Shown here piece by piece: positions 18,478 to 28,763 of a stretch of 64,000 bases of DNA. The notes beneath the pieces are model-generated. The model was not told where the DNA came from. It ran no database searches and saw only the letters and a program-made list of their open reading frames with translations. Origin of the DNA: Candidatus Magasanikbacteria bacterium GW2011_GWC2_37_14. Its GTDB lineage: Bacteria > Patescibacteriota > Patescibacteriia > Magasanikbacterales > UBA922. Made by a program: the position numbers and the translations under genes. The stretch covers positions 4,584 through 68,583 of the forward strand of contig LBSX01000005.1 of the NCBI GenBank assembly GCA_000990355.1, read 5' to 3'. Positions within the stretch are counted from its first letter, which is position 1, and each line of letters begins with the position of its first letter.

Positions 18478-19776
18478 ATGAAATTTTTTAGAAAATTAAA
18501 ATCTATCAAATTATCTAAAAAAGAAAAACAAAATTTTCGGATAGTTTTGTCTAATTTAATTATGAATAGTGCCGGCTTGTCGGGCGTAGCGGAGCGAAGA
18601 CCGGTAAGAAATTACTATAATTTACGTCATAATAATCAGAAGGTTCCATTCCTTCATTTAATACTTAAACATAATTATATGATAGCAGGTTTGCTTATTG
18701 CCGCTATTTTGGCCATGGGTGGCGGTACTGCCGTGGCAGCCGAAAATTCAGTCCCAGGGGATCTTTTGTATAGAATAAAGACCCAAGTAAATGAAGAAGT
18801 ACGTTCGGCTTTGGCCATTAGTCCAGAAGCGCAAGCCGCTTGGGATGCTAAACGTGCCGAAAGACGTTTGGAAGAAACCGAAAAATTAGCTGGCGAAAAC
18901 AAATTAACTACCTCTACTTCGGAAATGTTGGCTAGCAAGTTTGCAGAATTTTCGCAAAAAGCGACTGATCGTTTACAAAAATTAGAAGACGCAGGAAAAC
19001 TTACTCCGGAACAGGTTCAAAATTTAAAAGCCAATTTTGAAGTGGCAGTAAAAGCTCATGATGAAATTTTATCTAGGATCGAAGAAAAAAAGCAGAATCG
19101 TGGGGAAATGAAAGCAGTAATGGATTCTTTACGTGGACAAGCTTCTACTACTATCAAAGACAGGCTTGAACATGATTTAAAGTTAATTGAAGAAGGAACT
19201 TCTAGTACTCTAAGTAAGGTATCTGAAAACAGAAAAAATGCAGCTCAAAATAAAATTAGCGAAGTGCAAAAATTTATTGATAATAATGATGATAAAGTAA
19301 GTAGTGAGAATAAAGCAGAAGCTGTTAAAAAATTAGCTGAAGCAACTACCTTAGTTACCGAAGGTGACAAATTAGTTATTGAACAAAAATTTGGTGAAGC
19401 AATTATGAAATATAGCGAAGCCCACCGTAAAGCCCAAGAAGCGCAAATGTATTTGACCACCAGATTCCGTTTGGAAAGAAGAATGGAAAGCACCTCTTCT
19501 ACTCCAGCAGTTTTTGCTAGTGGTACTTTGCAGTTTAATAATGAAAAAAGACAAGAAATTTGGGACACTCACGAAGGTTTTAAAAATATGGAAGAGAAGT
19601 TAAAAGAAGAGGTAAAGCAAGCCAGAGAAACCTTTAAAGAAGTTAAACAACAAGAAATGGAAAAAATTAAAGAAGCAATAAAAGCTAATCGTCCTCCAAA
19701 ACCAGAAGATAAGGTTGAAAATGAAGTAGAAAATGAAGATGATAACGGTTCAAGTACAACTTCTACAAATCAATAA
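18478..19776 (+). CDS. DUF5667-type single-TM coiled-coil protein (putative anti-sigma)
   Basis: TM segment followed by AAENSVPGDLLYRIK...E...AERRLEE, then a long helical region; directly downstream of the ECF sigma gene. Confidence 0.75.
   Translation: MKFFRKLKSIKLSKKEKQNFRIVLSNLIMNSAGLSGVAERRPVRNYYNLRHNNQKVPFLHLILKHNYMIAGLLIAAILAMGGGTAVAAENSVPGDLLYRIKTQVNEEVRSALAISPEAQAAWDAKRAERRLEETEKLAGENKLTTSTSEMLASKFAEFSQKATDRLQKLEDAGKLTPEQVQNLKANFEVAVKAHDEILSRIEEKKQNRGEMKAVMDSLRGQASTTIKDRLEHDLKLIEEGTSSTLSKVSENRKNAAQNKISEVQKFIDNNDDKVSSENKAEAVKKLAEATTLVTEGDKLVIEQKFGEAIMKYSEAHRKAQEAQMYLTTRFRLERRMESTSSTPAVFASGTLQFNNEKRQEIWDTHEGFKNMEEKLKEEVKQARETFKEVKQQEMEKIKEAIKANRPPKPEDKVENEVENEDDNGSSTTSTNQ
18604..18631 (+). 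promoter_or_regulatory. putative intragenic ECF promoter GTAAG-N16-CGTCATA
   Basis: gtaagaaattactataatttacgtcata, upstream of the in-frame ATG at 18679. Confidence 0.6.
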
Positions 19777-19787
19777 AGACAGTAAAT

Positions 19788-19812
19788 AACCCCGGGATGA
19801 ACCCGGGGTTTC
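19788..19812 (+). terminator. intrinsic terminator
   Basis: aaccccggg-atgaa-cccggggttt. Confidence 0.75.
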
Positions 19813-19865
19813 TTGTCAAAAATAACAAAAACTGCTATATTATTCGGGTATTTAACTTTAATTTT

Positions 19866-20807
19866 ATGGCTATTTTAGTTTCGGGTTCTTTGGCTTATGA
19901 TTATATAATGGATTTTCCCGATAGTTTTAAAAATCATATTTTGCCAAATCAGTTGCATATTTTGAATGTTTGTTTTGTGGTAGATAATTTACAGCGTAAT
20001 TTTGGTGGTACCGCGGGTAATATTGCTTATACCATGAATTTACTTAGTGCTGAGCCTTTAATTTTTGCGCCACTTGGTGAAGATGGTAAAGATTATTTAA
20101 ATTATTTTAAAAAACTTAATTTAAAAACTGATTATATTTTTTTGAGTCAAGAAAAACTTACAGCTTCGGCACATATTACTACGGACAAAGATAATAACCA
20201 AATAACGGCTTTTTATAATGGGGCGTTGATTGAAGGAGAAAAAATAGCAGTGAAAGATTTAAAAGATGACGTGGCTTTTGCTTTAATTTCCCCTACACAA
20301 AAAGAAGTAATGATTAAACATGCCAAAGAATGTTATGAATTGCAAATACCATTTTGTTTTGATCCTGGTCAACAAGTAACTGCTTTTTCGGCTCAAGAAT
20401 TAATGATGGTTATTGGTCAAGCAAAGTTTTTGATTGGCAATGATTATGAATTAAAATTGATTGAAGAAAAAACTGGTTGGGGAGTGTTTGAACTTTTAAA
20501 ACATGTAGAAGTAGTAATTATTACTTTGGGTGAAAAAGGTTCTTTGATAGTTAACAAAGATGGGGCAATAGAAGTGGGTGTTTGTCCTGCAATTTCGGTA
20601 GATGACCCAACCGGAGCTGGGGATGCTTATCGGGCAGGGTTTTTTTCTGCTTTTGTTAAAGGAAAAGATTTAAAAACTTGTGGGCAAGTGGGCGCCGTGG
20701 CTGCAACTTATGCAGTAGAAAATTATGGTACACAAAATCATTGCTTTACTTTGGCAGAGTTTAAAAATCGCTATGAAAAAGCTTTTGTTGAAAATTTAAC
20801 TTGGTAA
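19866..20807 (+). CDS. PfkB family carbohydrate kinase (adenosine kinase-like)
   Basis: GSLAYD, GGTAGNIA, FDPGQ and DPTGAGDAYRAG; adjacent to ahcY. Confidence 0.9.
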   Translation: MAILVSGSLAYDYIMDFPDSFKNHILPNQLHILNVCFVVDNLQRNFGGTAGNIAYTMNLLSAEPLIFAPLGEDGKDYLNYFKKLNLKTDYIFLSQEKLTASAHITTDKDNNQITAFYNGALIEGEKIAVKDLKDDVAFALISPTQKEVMIKHAKECYELQIPFCFDPGQQVTAFSAQELMMVIGQAKFLIGNDYELKLIEEKTGWGVFELLKHVEVVIITLGEKGSLIVNKDGAIEVGVCPAISVDDPTGAGDAYRAGFFSAFVKGKDLKTCGQVGAVAATYAVENYGTQNHCFTLAEFKNRYEKAFVENLTW

Positions 20808-20808
20808 C

Positions 20809-20852
20809 TGTCATTGCGAGCCCCGTCCGAGCGGGGCGAAGCAATCCCAAGG
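20809..20852. repeat. TGTCATTGCGAG...GAAGCAATCCC REP-like element, copy 1
   Basis: tgtcattgcgag-ccccgtccgagcggggc-gaagcaatcccaagg; same ends as 60834-60882. Confidence 0.85.
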
Positions 20853-20903
20853 TATATGAGAGAATACTTTGTTTATATAATGACTAAAATAATTTAATGA
20901 CAT

Positions 20904-22310
20904 ATGATACAAGATTTTAAAGTAAGAGATATTTCGTTGGCAGAATGGGGAAGACGTGAAATACAAATTGCCGAAAAAGAAATGGTCGGTTTAATGGCAA
21001 TTCGTGAAAAGTATAGTAAAACAAAACCCCTGTCCGGAGTAAAGATTATGGGTTCACTCCACATGACTATTCAAACTGCGGTATTGATGGAAACATTAGT
21101 AGCACTTGGCGCCCAAGTTCGTTGGGTATCGTGTAATATTTTTTCTACTCAAGATCATGCTGCTGCCGCGATGGCAGAAGTGGATATTCCGGTTTTTGCT
21201 TGGAAGGGTGAAACATTGGAAGAGTATTGGTGGTGTACCGAAAAAGCCTTAGACTTCGGCAACGGGCAAGGACCAGATATGATTGTTGATGATGGTGGAG
21301 ATGCCACAATGATGATTCACAAAGGGGTAGAAATAGAAGCAGACCCAAGTTTATTGGATGTTGATTATTCTGCCAAAGAAGAAGATCTTAGAGAATTAAT
21401 GAAAAATTTAAAAATAGAATATAAAAAAAATCCAACTCGTTGGACAGAAGTGGCAAAAAAAGTAAAAGGTGTGTCCGAAGAAACTACCACGGGTGTGCAT
21501 CGTTTGTATCAAATGTTTGAAGCAGGAAAATTATTATTTCCCGCTATTAATGTGAATGATTCCGTAACCAAATCTAAGTTTGATAATATTTATGGTTGTC
21601 GCCATTCAGTGGTGGATGGTTTGAATCGAGCCATGGATGTAATGCTTGGTGGGAAAGTGGCCGTAATTTGTGGTTATGGTGATGTAGGTAAAGGTTGTGC
21701 TCAAGCGCTCAAGGGACAAGGTTGCCGGGTAATTGTTACGGAAATTGATCCAATTTGCGCTTTACAAGCAGCAATGGAAGGTTATCAGGTTAAAACAGTA
21801 GAAGATACTTTGGGTGAAGCTGATATCTATGTAACCACTACTGGTAATCGGGATATTATCCGGGTTGAACATATGGAAAAAATGAAAGATCAAGCAGTAG
21901 TGTGTAATATTGGTCATTTTGATAATGAAATTCAAGTAGAAAAATTAAATAAATTAGCTGGTGTGCAAAAAATAAATATCAAACCACAAGTTGATAAATA
22001 TTTATTTCCAAATGGCAATGCTATATATATGTTGGCCGAAGGACGCCTAATGAATTTGGGTTGTGCTACTGGCCATCCAAGCTTTGTAATGAGTAATAGT
22101 TTTGCCAATCAAGTTTTGGCCCAGATTGATTTGTGGGAAAAGAATTACGAAGTTGGTGTGTATCGTTTGGCAAAAGAATTGGATGAAGAAGTTGCGAGGT
22201 TACATCTTGCCAAAATAGGGGTTAAACTTACCAAACTTACAGCTGAGCAGGCTGAATATTTGGGGGTAAAGGTAAATGGGCCGTATAAGGCGGATCATTA
22301 TCGGTATTAA
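20904..22310 (+). CDS. ahcY: adenosylhomocysteinase
   Basis: [35 protein letters not shown] and GHPSFVMS. Confidence 0.98.
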   Translation: MIQDFKVRDISLAEWGRREIQIAEKEMVGLMAIREKYSKTKPLSGVKIMGSLHMTIQTAVLMETLVALGAQVRWVSCNIFSTQDHAAAAMAEVDIPVFAWKGETLEEYWWCTEKALDFGNGQGPDMIVDDGGDATMMIHKGVEIEADPSLLDVDYSAKEEDLRELMKNLKIEYKKNPTRWTEVAKKVKGVSEETTTGVHRLYQMFEAGKLLFPAINVNDSVTKSKFDNIYGCRHSVVDGLNRAMDVMLGGKVAVICGYGDVGKGCAQALKGQGCRVIVTEIDPICALQAAMEGYQVKTVEDTLGEADIYVTTTGNRDIIRVEHMEKMKDQAVVCNIGHFDNEIQVEKLNKLAGVQKINIKPQVDKYLFPNGNAIYMLAEGRLMNLGCATGHPSFVMSNSFANQVLAQIDLWEKNYEVGVYRLAKELDEEVARLHLAKIGVKLTKLTAEQAEYLGVKVNGPYKADHYRY

Positions 22311-22316
22311 AAAGAC

Positions 22317-23075
22317 ATGCCCATAATGCGCTTGCAAAAATTTATTGCGGACCAAGGAATTTGTTCTCGGCGAAAGGCCGAAGAACTTATTTTGGCTAAA
22401 AAAGTAAAAGTAAATGGAGTAGTAGCCGAAATTGGTTTAAAAATTGACAGTGAGAAAGATAAGGTGGAAGTGGTAAATTTCAATTCTCCCACCACCCCGG
22501 CTTTCAGCCACCCCTCCTCCGGCAGGAGGGGACACGTGTACATTGCCTTGAACAAACCAGTGGGTTTTATTTGTTCGGCAAGTAATGAACAGGGTAAAAC
22601 TGTTTTGGAACTTCTAACAAAAGAAAATTATTTTGGTAAAGAAAAATTAGAAATTAAAGATCGGGTTTATCCCGTTGGCAGGCTAGACAAAGATTCAGAA
22701 GGTTTAGTATTGCTTACGAATGATGGTGAACTTACCAATAAATTAATTCATCCACGTTATCAACATGAAAAAGAATACGAAGTAGGGTTAAACAAACCAT
22801 TGGGAAAACCTGAGGTAAAGATTTTAGAAAATAGTATGGAAATTGGCCCTGGAGAACGTGTTTGGGGAATAAAAATAAAAGATCTTGTTTGCAAAAATGA
22901 TCAAACTATAGCTACAGTGATTTTGCACGAGGGCAAGAATCGTCAAATTAGACGGATGTTTGGTAAATTGGGCTATAAAGTGATGTTTTTACGTCGGGTG
23001 CGTATTGGTAAATTAAAATTAGGCACTTTGCCTTTGGGTAAATGGAAAATGATTGGCAAAATTCAAATAATTTAA
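22317..23075 (+). CDS. RsuA/RluB family pseudouridine synthase
   Basis: S4 domain MRLQKF..SRRKAE, GRLDKDSEGL and EGKNRQIRRM; in-frame insert SPTTPAFSHPSSGRRG. Confidence 0.92.
   Translation: MPIMRLQKFIADQGICSRRKAEELILAKKVKVNGVVAEIGLKIDSEKDKVEVVNFNSPTTPAFSHPSSGRRGHVYIALNKPVGFICSASNEQGKTVLELLTKENYFGKEKLEIKDRVYPVGRLDKDSEGLVLLTNDGELTNKLIHPRYQHEKEYEVGLNKPLGKPEVKILENSMEIGPGERVWGIKIKDLVCKNDQTIATVILHEGKNRQIRRMFGKLGYKVMFLRRVRIGKLKLGTLPLGKWKMIGKIQII
22486..22533. repeat. C-rich/G-rich hairpin element in frame inside a CDS
   Basis: ctcccaccaccccggctttcagccacccctcctccggcaggaggggac. Confidence 0.85.
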
Positions 23076-23144
23076 CCATTGTTTTGGGGGTGTTGACTTT
23101 TGTTAAAATATGGTATACTATTGCTATTCAATAAATTCTTCAAT

Positions 23145-23903
23145 ATGTCTGCAGATTTTTCTTCCATTTCAACAAAACCTTGGTACAAAACTGGCAAAGG
23201 TATTGGTTTTTTATTTTTAGGTTTGATTGTGGTTGTGGTCTTATTAGTTTTTTTGGGCTTTTTTGCTTATTATGCGGTAACTATCAAATATGGTGATGCC
23301 ACAGGTTTAAGTGAACAGTTTTCCACACAAAAATTTAGTGTAAATAAAAATGCCGATGTTACAGCAGGTTTAGAAAAAATTGACGATATTAATAAATATA
23401 TTCATGATTTTAATCCAGTTTTGGGAAATATTAATTCGCCAGTTACGGTTGTGGCTTTTGTGGATTTTGAATGTCCTTATAGTCAAGAAGCTTTTTTGGG
23501 TTTTAATAATTTAATTAAAAAATACGAACCAGTAATTAAAGTTGTTTTTAAACATTTGCCACTTACTGATTTACACCCCAATGCTTTGAATGCCAGTTTG
23601 GCAGGCGCTTGTGCCAACACCCAAAATAAATTTTGGCCTTATTATAATAATTTATTTACAAACAAAGATTTAACTACAGAAGGGTTATTAAAACAAGCTG
23701 TGTCTTTGGGTTTAAATGATATAGACTTTACCAATTGTTTTAATAATAAAATAACACTAGATGACGTTAATATTGATTTAACAGATGCTGTAGCTCTTGG
23801 GGTGCGTGGTACTCCTACTTATTTTGTAAATGGGGTTAAATTGGAAGGGGTAATCGACGAAGCAACTTGGGATAAAATTATTTTACAAGTTTTAAATAAA
23901 TAA
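23145..23903 (+). CDS. membrane-anchored DsbA-like thioredoxin-fold protein (CxxS)
   Basis: DFECPYS, KHLPL and GVRGTPTYFVNG; N-terminal TM. Confidence 0.85.
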   Translation: MSADFSSISTKPWYKTGKGIGFLFLGLIVVVVLLVFLGFFAYYAVTIKYGDATGLSEQFSTQKFSVNKNADVTAGLEKIDDINKYIHDFNPVLGNINSPVTVVAFVDFECPYSQEAFLGFNNLIKKYEPVIKVVFKHLPLTDLHPNALNASLAGACANTQNKFWPYYNNLFTNKDLTTEGLLKQAVSLGLNDIDFTNCFNNKITLDDVNIDLTDAVALGVRGTPTYFVNGVKLEGVIDEATWDKIILQVLNK

Positions 23904-23904
23904 T

Positions 23905-25749
23905 ATGAAAAAATATTTTTTCTTTTTATTAATATTCTCAATTTTATTTTCTCAATTTTTTTCTTTTGCCAACGCTGAGGGTAGTTGTGTTAGTGATAGT
24001 GATTGTGACCTTAATGAAGAATGTGTAGGAGATATCTGCGCTGCTAAGTTTTGTACATCCGATGATGATTGTTTGGTAGGTGGGGCCAAATGTATTGGTG
24101 GTGTTTGCGACGTGGAAAGTGCCGTTGCTGCAGCCGAAGGAGGTGGATCAGCCACCGGGCCAAAAAGTGTGGCTAGTGGTGTGGCAGAAAGTGGTGGTTA
24201 TGCACCAACAGTCTCATTTAAAGGTTTGGATCAACGTTGTTGGGTAAAAGAAAAGTGCATAGAAGCAGAAGGAGCAGCTTATGGCGCAAATACGGAAACA
24301 ATTACTGCTTGTGGTGGAGAAAAAAATGCTGTTGGTGAAGAATTAGTTTTTTGTAAACCTCCTTATGTAGCCCAAACAGAAGTTACTTTTGGCAATACCA
24401 ATACTTTTGCCAATATGGGGGAATTTATTAAATATATGTTTCGTTATGCCATTATTGTGGCTGGTGTGGTAGCAGTAATCATGGTAATTTTTGCTGGCAT
24501 ACAATGGACCATCTCTGGTGGTAATGCCGAAAAAATTTCTAGTGCCAGGAAAAAAATTGGTGGAGCCATGATGGGTTTATTTCTAATAATCATGAGTTAT
24601 AGTATTTTAAGTTTTATAAATCCTTATTTGGTAAATTTGCGTTTACCCCAAGCTTGGATGATTAATACTCAAGGATTGGCGCCAGTGTATTGTGACTTTT
24701 TGTCTTCTTCGACTACTGTAGCTACTGCCTACCCTTATGGTACCAAAAAAACTATTTTAGAAAAACAGCAAATGTCTACTTCTGTTACTTATAATGTAAA
24801 TAGCCAAGTAGCCACTTGTGGCACAGAATATTTTGTAAAAGATACTGGTGGACAAACTTGTTCTGGGAATGCTTGCCCTAGTGGACAATTATGTTCAAAT
24901 TTTTCAAATGGTGAAGATCTAACACCGAAATGCGTTACCAGTAAATTGGCAGGTAGAATTACGGGAACCTTTAGTGTTTTTAGAGCCCCAGCCGTAGATA
25001 AAAGTGATAATGAAATTGAATTGTTGGCTTTATGTAAAGCTGATGCTAATAAAATTGTAAAAGTTGCCACTATTAAGTACGAAGGCTCCACCTCAGATGG
25101 TGACCCTTATTTTTTTGATTATCTTGATAAATTAGATAGTGCTTGTAGTGATTATGGCGGGCCAGTTGGCTTTTATTTGGGTGTGGAAGTTAATGACGAA
25201 ACTGAGTATAGTGGTAGTGGCTGGGTAGAAGGAGCTCCTTGGACTTATGGTACAGATGACTGGTTTGCTATTGGACAGTCTTCTCCTAATTCGCACAATT
25301 GTAGTGTAAATTTGGCAAAAGTTTTTCAGCAAATTTATGCCAAACAAATTTATTGTGGTCCTGGTAATTTAATGTGTACTTGCGCTTATTTATCACAAAA
25401 TAAAAATCCAGCTAGTGCGGCTCTTAGCCCAGATTTTATAAAACATCTAATTAGTTTGGAAGAATTAAAAAAAGGTTATGTTTGCCATATAGATATTAGC
25501 AGACGTAATTTCCCGTCAGCAGAAAATGGTATGCAATGGCCAACTTTAGGTAGTGTTGTTAATGGTACAATGGCAGGAGCTGCCACTGGTGCTGTTTTAG
25601 GTACTTTTTTTCCTGCTCCTGGTGTAGCCACACTAGCAGGAGGAGTAGCAGGTGGTGTTAAAGGGGCTGTTATTGTTCCTGCTGTACAGATTTTGAGTGG
25701 TTTATGGAATTATGTGGATGACCCCACAAGTTGCCAAGATAAAAATTAA
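23905..25749 (+). CDS. Cys-rich secreted protein with CPR-type pilin (TrbC/VirB2-like) TM hairpin
   Basis: Signal peptide; GIQWTISGGNAEKISSARKKIGGAMMGL...INPYL pilin signature; many Cys; C-terminal Gly zipper. Confidence 0.75.
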   Translation: MKKYFFFLLIFSILFSQFFSFANAEGSCVSDSDCDLNEECVGDICAAKFCTSDDDCLVGGAKCIGGVCDVESAVAAAEGGGSATGPKSVASGVAESGGYAPTVSFKGLDQRCWVKEKCIEAEGAAYGANTETITACGGEKNAVGEELVFCKPPYVAQTEVTFGNTNTFANMGEFIKYMFRYAIIVAGVVAVIMVIFAGIQWTISGGNAEKISSARKKIGGAMMGLFLIIMSYSILSFINPYLVNLRLPQAWMINTQGLAPVYCDFLSSSTTVATAYPYGTKKTILEKQQMSTSVTYNVNSQVATCGTEYFVKDTGGQTCSGNACPSGQLCSNFSNGEDLTPKCVTSKLAGRITGTFSVFRAPAVDKSDNEIELLALCKADANKIVKVATIKYEGSTSDGDPYFFDYLDKLDSACSDYGGPVGFYLGVEVNDETEYSGSGWVEGAPWTYGTDDWFAIGQSSPNSHNCSVNLAKVFQQIYAKQIYCGPGNLMCTCAYLSQNKNPASAALSPDFIKHLISLEELKKGYVCHIDISRRNFPSAENGMQWPTLGSVVNGTMAGAATGAVLGTFFPAPGVATLAGGVAGGVKGAVIVPAVQILSGLWNYVDDPTSCQDKN

Positions 25750-25806
25750 TAAAATTTAAGTTATTAAAAGTGTGGACAAAATAAAAATTATAAATTCTCG
25801 CGTACA

Positions 25807-25830
25807 CCCCAGCACCATAAAGGTGCGGGG
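25807..25830. repeat. short GC-rich palindrome upstream of uvrA
   Basis: cccc-a-gcacc-ataaa-ggtgc-gggg. Confidence 0.5.
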
Positions 25831-25845
25831 CAAGCAATTTAAAAT

Positions 25846-28677
25846 ATGAATAAAGATGTAATAAGTATTAAGAACGCCAAAGTACACAACTTGAAAGGCG
25901 TTTCGCTAGAAATTCCCAAAAATAAATTAACTGTAATTACAGGACTTTCCGGATCCGGAAAGTCCTCTTTGGCTTTTGATACAATTTATGCCGAGGGCCA
26001 ACGAAGGTATGCCGAAAGTTTGTCGTCTTATGCTCGGCAATTTATGGAAGTGCAAGACAAGCCAGATGTAGACGAAATTCAGGGTTTGTCGCCTACCATT
26101 GCCATTGATCAAAAAACTACGGCACAAAATCCTCGTTCTACTGTGGGTACAGTAACCGAAGTTTATGATTATTTGCGTTTGCTTTTTTCTCGGGTGGGTA
26201 CACAATATTGTCCGGATTGTAAATTAGCCGTAAGAGCTTATAGTGAAGGAGAAATTATTGAAGAAGTAAGAAAAATTGTTCGTCAGGGAACAGGACTGTC
26301 TATATTTGCCCCCACGATTATTGAACAAACAGTTAAACCAAAAGAATTACTAAATCATTTGGAACAAACTGGTTATGAGTTGCTCCGTTTGAATGGGGTG
26401 TTAATGAAGTTAGCCGAAGTTGGTAAGTATAAATTTTTGCCAGATAAAAAATATACTATTGAAATTTTGATTGGTAAAATTGAAGATATTAAAAAACATG
26501 ATCCAGCAAATTTAGTAATTAAAACGCTTGATTTAAGTAATGGTTATTTATTGGCAGTTACCGAAGCTGGTGAAGAATATAATTATTCTTTGGTAGCCAA
26601 GTGTGCTCGTTGTGGACGGAAATTTGAAAAAATAGAACCACGGACTTTTAGTTTTAATAGTCCCTATGGTGCTTGTGCTCGTTGTACGGGTTTGGGTCGG
26701 ACTTTGGAAGTAGACACCGAGTTGGTAATACCCAATTCACGGCTTACTTTGGCCGAAGGGGCAATCCAGCCTTGGACCAGAATTGTGGGTAATCAAAATT
26801 ATTATCAAAAATTATTGGCGGCCGTGGCCAAAACTCATAATTTTTCTGTGGATACTCCGGTAAAAGATTTATCCAAAAAAGTAATGGATTTGCTTTTTTA
26901 TGGCACCGATGGTGAGTTGTATGAAGTGGAAGGCAAAAAAGTAAATTTTGAGGGCATTGTGAGTAATTTAGCTAGTCGTCATGCCGAAACTGATTCTGAT
27001 TATATACGCAAAGAAATAGAAAATTACATGCGAGAAAAGGTTTGTTCTGTTTGCAATGGTCGACGTTTAAAGGCAGAATCTTTGTTTGTTAAGTTTTTGG
27101 ATTTAAGCATTGCTGAAGTAGTAGAAATGAGTGTGTCCGAAGGCAGAGAGTTTTTTGCGGGTATTGTTAGTGGTAAAAATAAAAATAATTTAACTTTGAA
27201 CAAACAACAGTTGGCGGTAACCATGGCAATTTTAAAAGAAATTGATAAACGTTTGAGTAATTTATTAGAAGTTGGTTTGCATTATTTAACTTTGGATCGT
27301 TCGGTAAACACTTTGGCTGGTGGTGAAGCGCAACGGGTGCGGTTGTCCACTCAATTATCTACAGGTTTAACCGGAGTAATTTATATTTTGGATGAACCAT
27401 CAATCGGACTTCATTCTCGAGATAATGATAAATTAATTTCTACTTTAAAAAACTTACGTGATTTGGGTAATACGGTAATTGTAGTAGAACACGATGGAGC
27501 CATGATAAAAGCTGCAGATTATATTGTGGATGTTGGCCCGGGAGCAGGTGAGTATGGTGGGCATATTGTGGCCGAAGGTAATTTGCAACAAATTAAAAAG
27601 AATAAAAATTCTTTAACCGGAGCTTTTTTAACTGGGCGTGAAGAAATTGAGCTACCTAAAAAATTACACAAAGGCAATAATAAATTTTTAAGTATTATTG
27701 GCGCCAAAGCCTTTAACCTTAAAAATATTGATGTAGATATTCCTTTGGGGAAATTAGTTTGTTTAACTGGTGTTTCGGGGTCTGGTAAATCTACTTTAAT
27801 TTCGGAAATTTTAGGCAAAGCTCTTAGCCAATATTTTTATCGCGCCAAAGCCGAACCTGCCGAACATAAAGCTTTAAAAGGTTTAAGCAATATTGATAAA
27901 GTAATTGAAATTGATCAAGCGCCCATTGGCCGTACTCCTCGTTCCAATCCGGCCACTTATACGGGAATATTTAGTTATATTCGTGATTTGTTTACGGCTG
28001 TGCCCGAAGCCAGAATGCGCGGTTATGATGCTGGTAAATTTAGTTTTAATGTAAAAGGTGGTGGGCGTTGCGAAGCTTGCGCGGGCGAGGGCTATGTGCG
28101 AATTCCTATGCAATTTTTGTCGGATGTATTTGTAGAATGTCCGGAATGTAGCGGTAAAAGATATAATAAAGAAGCCTTGGAAATTCATTATCATGGAAAA
28201 GATATTGCCGATGTTTTGAATTTAACAGTGGAAGAAGCTTATAAATTTTTTCACGATGTGCCACCAATTGCCGACAAAATGCAGATTTTACGTGATGTGG
28301 GTTTAAGTTACATTCATTTGGGGCAATCGGCCACTACCTTGTCTGGTGGTGAAGCTCAACGGGTAAAATTGGCTACCGAATTATCGCGTCGTGCTACTGG
28401 CAAGACTTTGTATATTTTGGATGAACCAACTACTGGTTTACATTTTGCCGATATTAAACGTTTGTTACAAGTGTTAAATCAACTAGTAGACAAAGGTAAC
28501 ACGGTTTTGATTATTGAACACAATCTAGATGTAATTAAATGTGCGGATTGGATTATTGATTTGGGGCCCGAAGGTGGTAAAGGTGGTGGAGAAATTGTTG
28601 CTCAAGGCACACCCAAAGATGTAGCAAAAGTTAAAAAGAGTTACACGGGGCAGTATTTGAAAGAGATGTTGAAGTAA
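25846..28677 (+). CDS. uvrA: excinuclease ABC subunit A
   Basis: Two ABC domains (GLSGSGKSSLAFDT, GVSGSGKS), Zn fingers and LSGGEAQR. Confidence 0.98.
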   Translation: MNKDVISIKNAKVHNLKGVSLEIPKNKLTVITGLSGSGKSSLAFDTIYAEGQRRYAESLSSYARQFMEVQDKPDVDEIQGLSPTIAIDQKTTAQNPRSTVGTVTEVYDYLRLLFSRVGTQYCPDCKLAVRAYSEGEIIEEVRKIVRQGTGLSIFAPTIIEQTVKPKELLNHLEQTGYELLRLNGVLMKLAEVGKYKFLPDKKYTIEILIGKIEDIKKHDPANLVIKTLDLSNGYLLAVTEAGEEYNYSLVAKCARCGRKFEKIEPRTFSFNSPYGACARCTGLGRTLEVDTELVIPNSRLTLAEGAIQPWTRIVGNQNYYQKLLAAVAKTHNFSVDTPVKDLSKKVMDLLFYGTDGELYEVEGKKVNFEGIVSNLASRHAETDSDYIRKEIENYMREKVCSVCNGRRLKAESLFVKFLDLSIAEVVEMSVSEGREFFAGIVSGKNKNNLTLNKQQLAVTMAILKEIDKRLSNLLEVGLHYLTLDRSVNTLAGGEAQRVRLSTQLSTGLTGVIYILDEPSIGLHSRDNDKLISTLKNLRDLGNTVIVVEHDGAMIKAADYIVDVGPGAGEYGGHIVAEGNLQQIKKNKNSLTGAFLTGREEIELPKKLHKGNNKFLSIIGAKAFNLKNIDVDIPLGKLVCLTGVSGSGKSTLISEILGKALSQYFYRAKAEPAEHKALKGLSNIDKVIEIDQAPIGRTPRSNPATYTGIFSYIRDLFTAVPEARMRGYDAGKFSFNVKGGGRCEACAGEGYVRIPMQFLSDVFVECPECSGKRYNKEALEIHYHGKDIADVLNLTVEEAYKFFHDVPPIADKMQILRDVGLSYIHLGQSATTLSGGEAQRVKLATELSRRATGKTLYILDEPTTGLHFADIKRLLQVLNQLVDKGNTVLIIEHNLDVIKCADWIIDLGPEGGKGGGEIVAQGTPKDVAKVKKSYTGQYLKEMLK

Positions 28678-28697
28678 AAATAAATTAAAAAGAATTG

Positions 28698-28727
28698 AGG
28701 CGTCCCGAATGTGTTCGGGACGCCTTT
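28698..28727. terminator. intrinsic terminator between convergent genes
   Basis: aggcgtcccgaa-tgtg-ttcgggacgcctt. Confidence 0.8.
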
Positions 28728-28763
28728 GATTTTTAAAGAACAAGTTTAGTGATGCTCTGTAAT

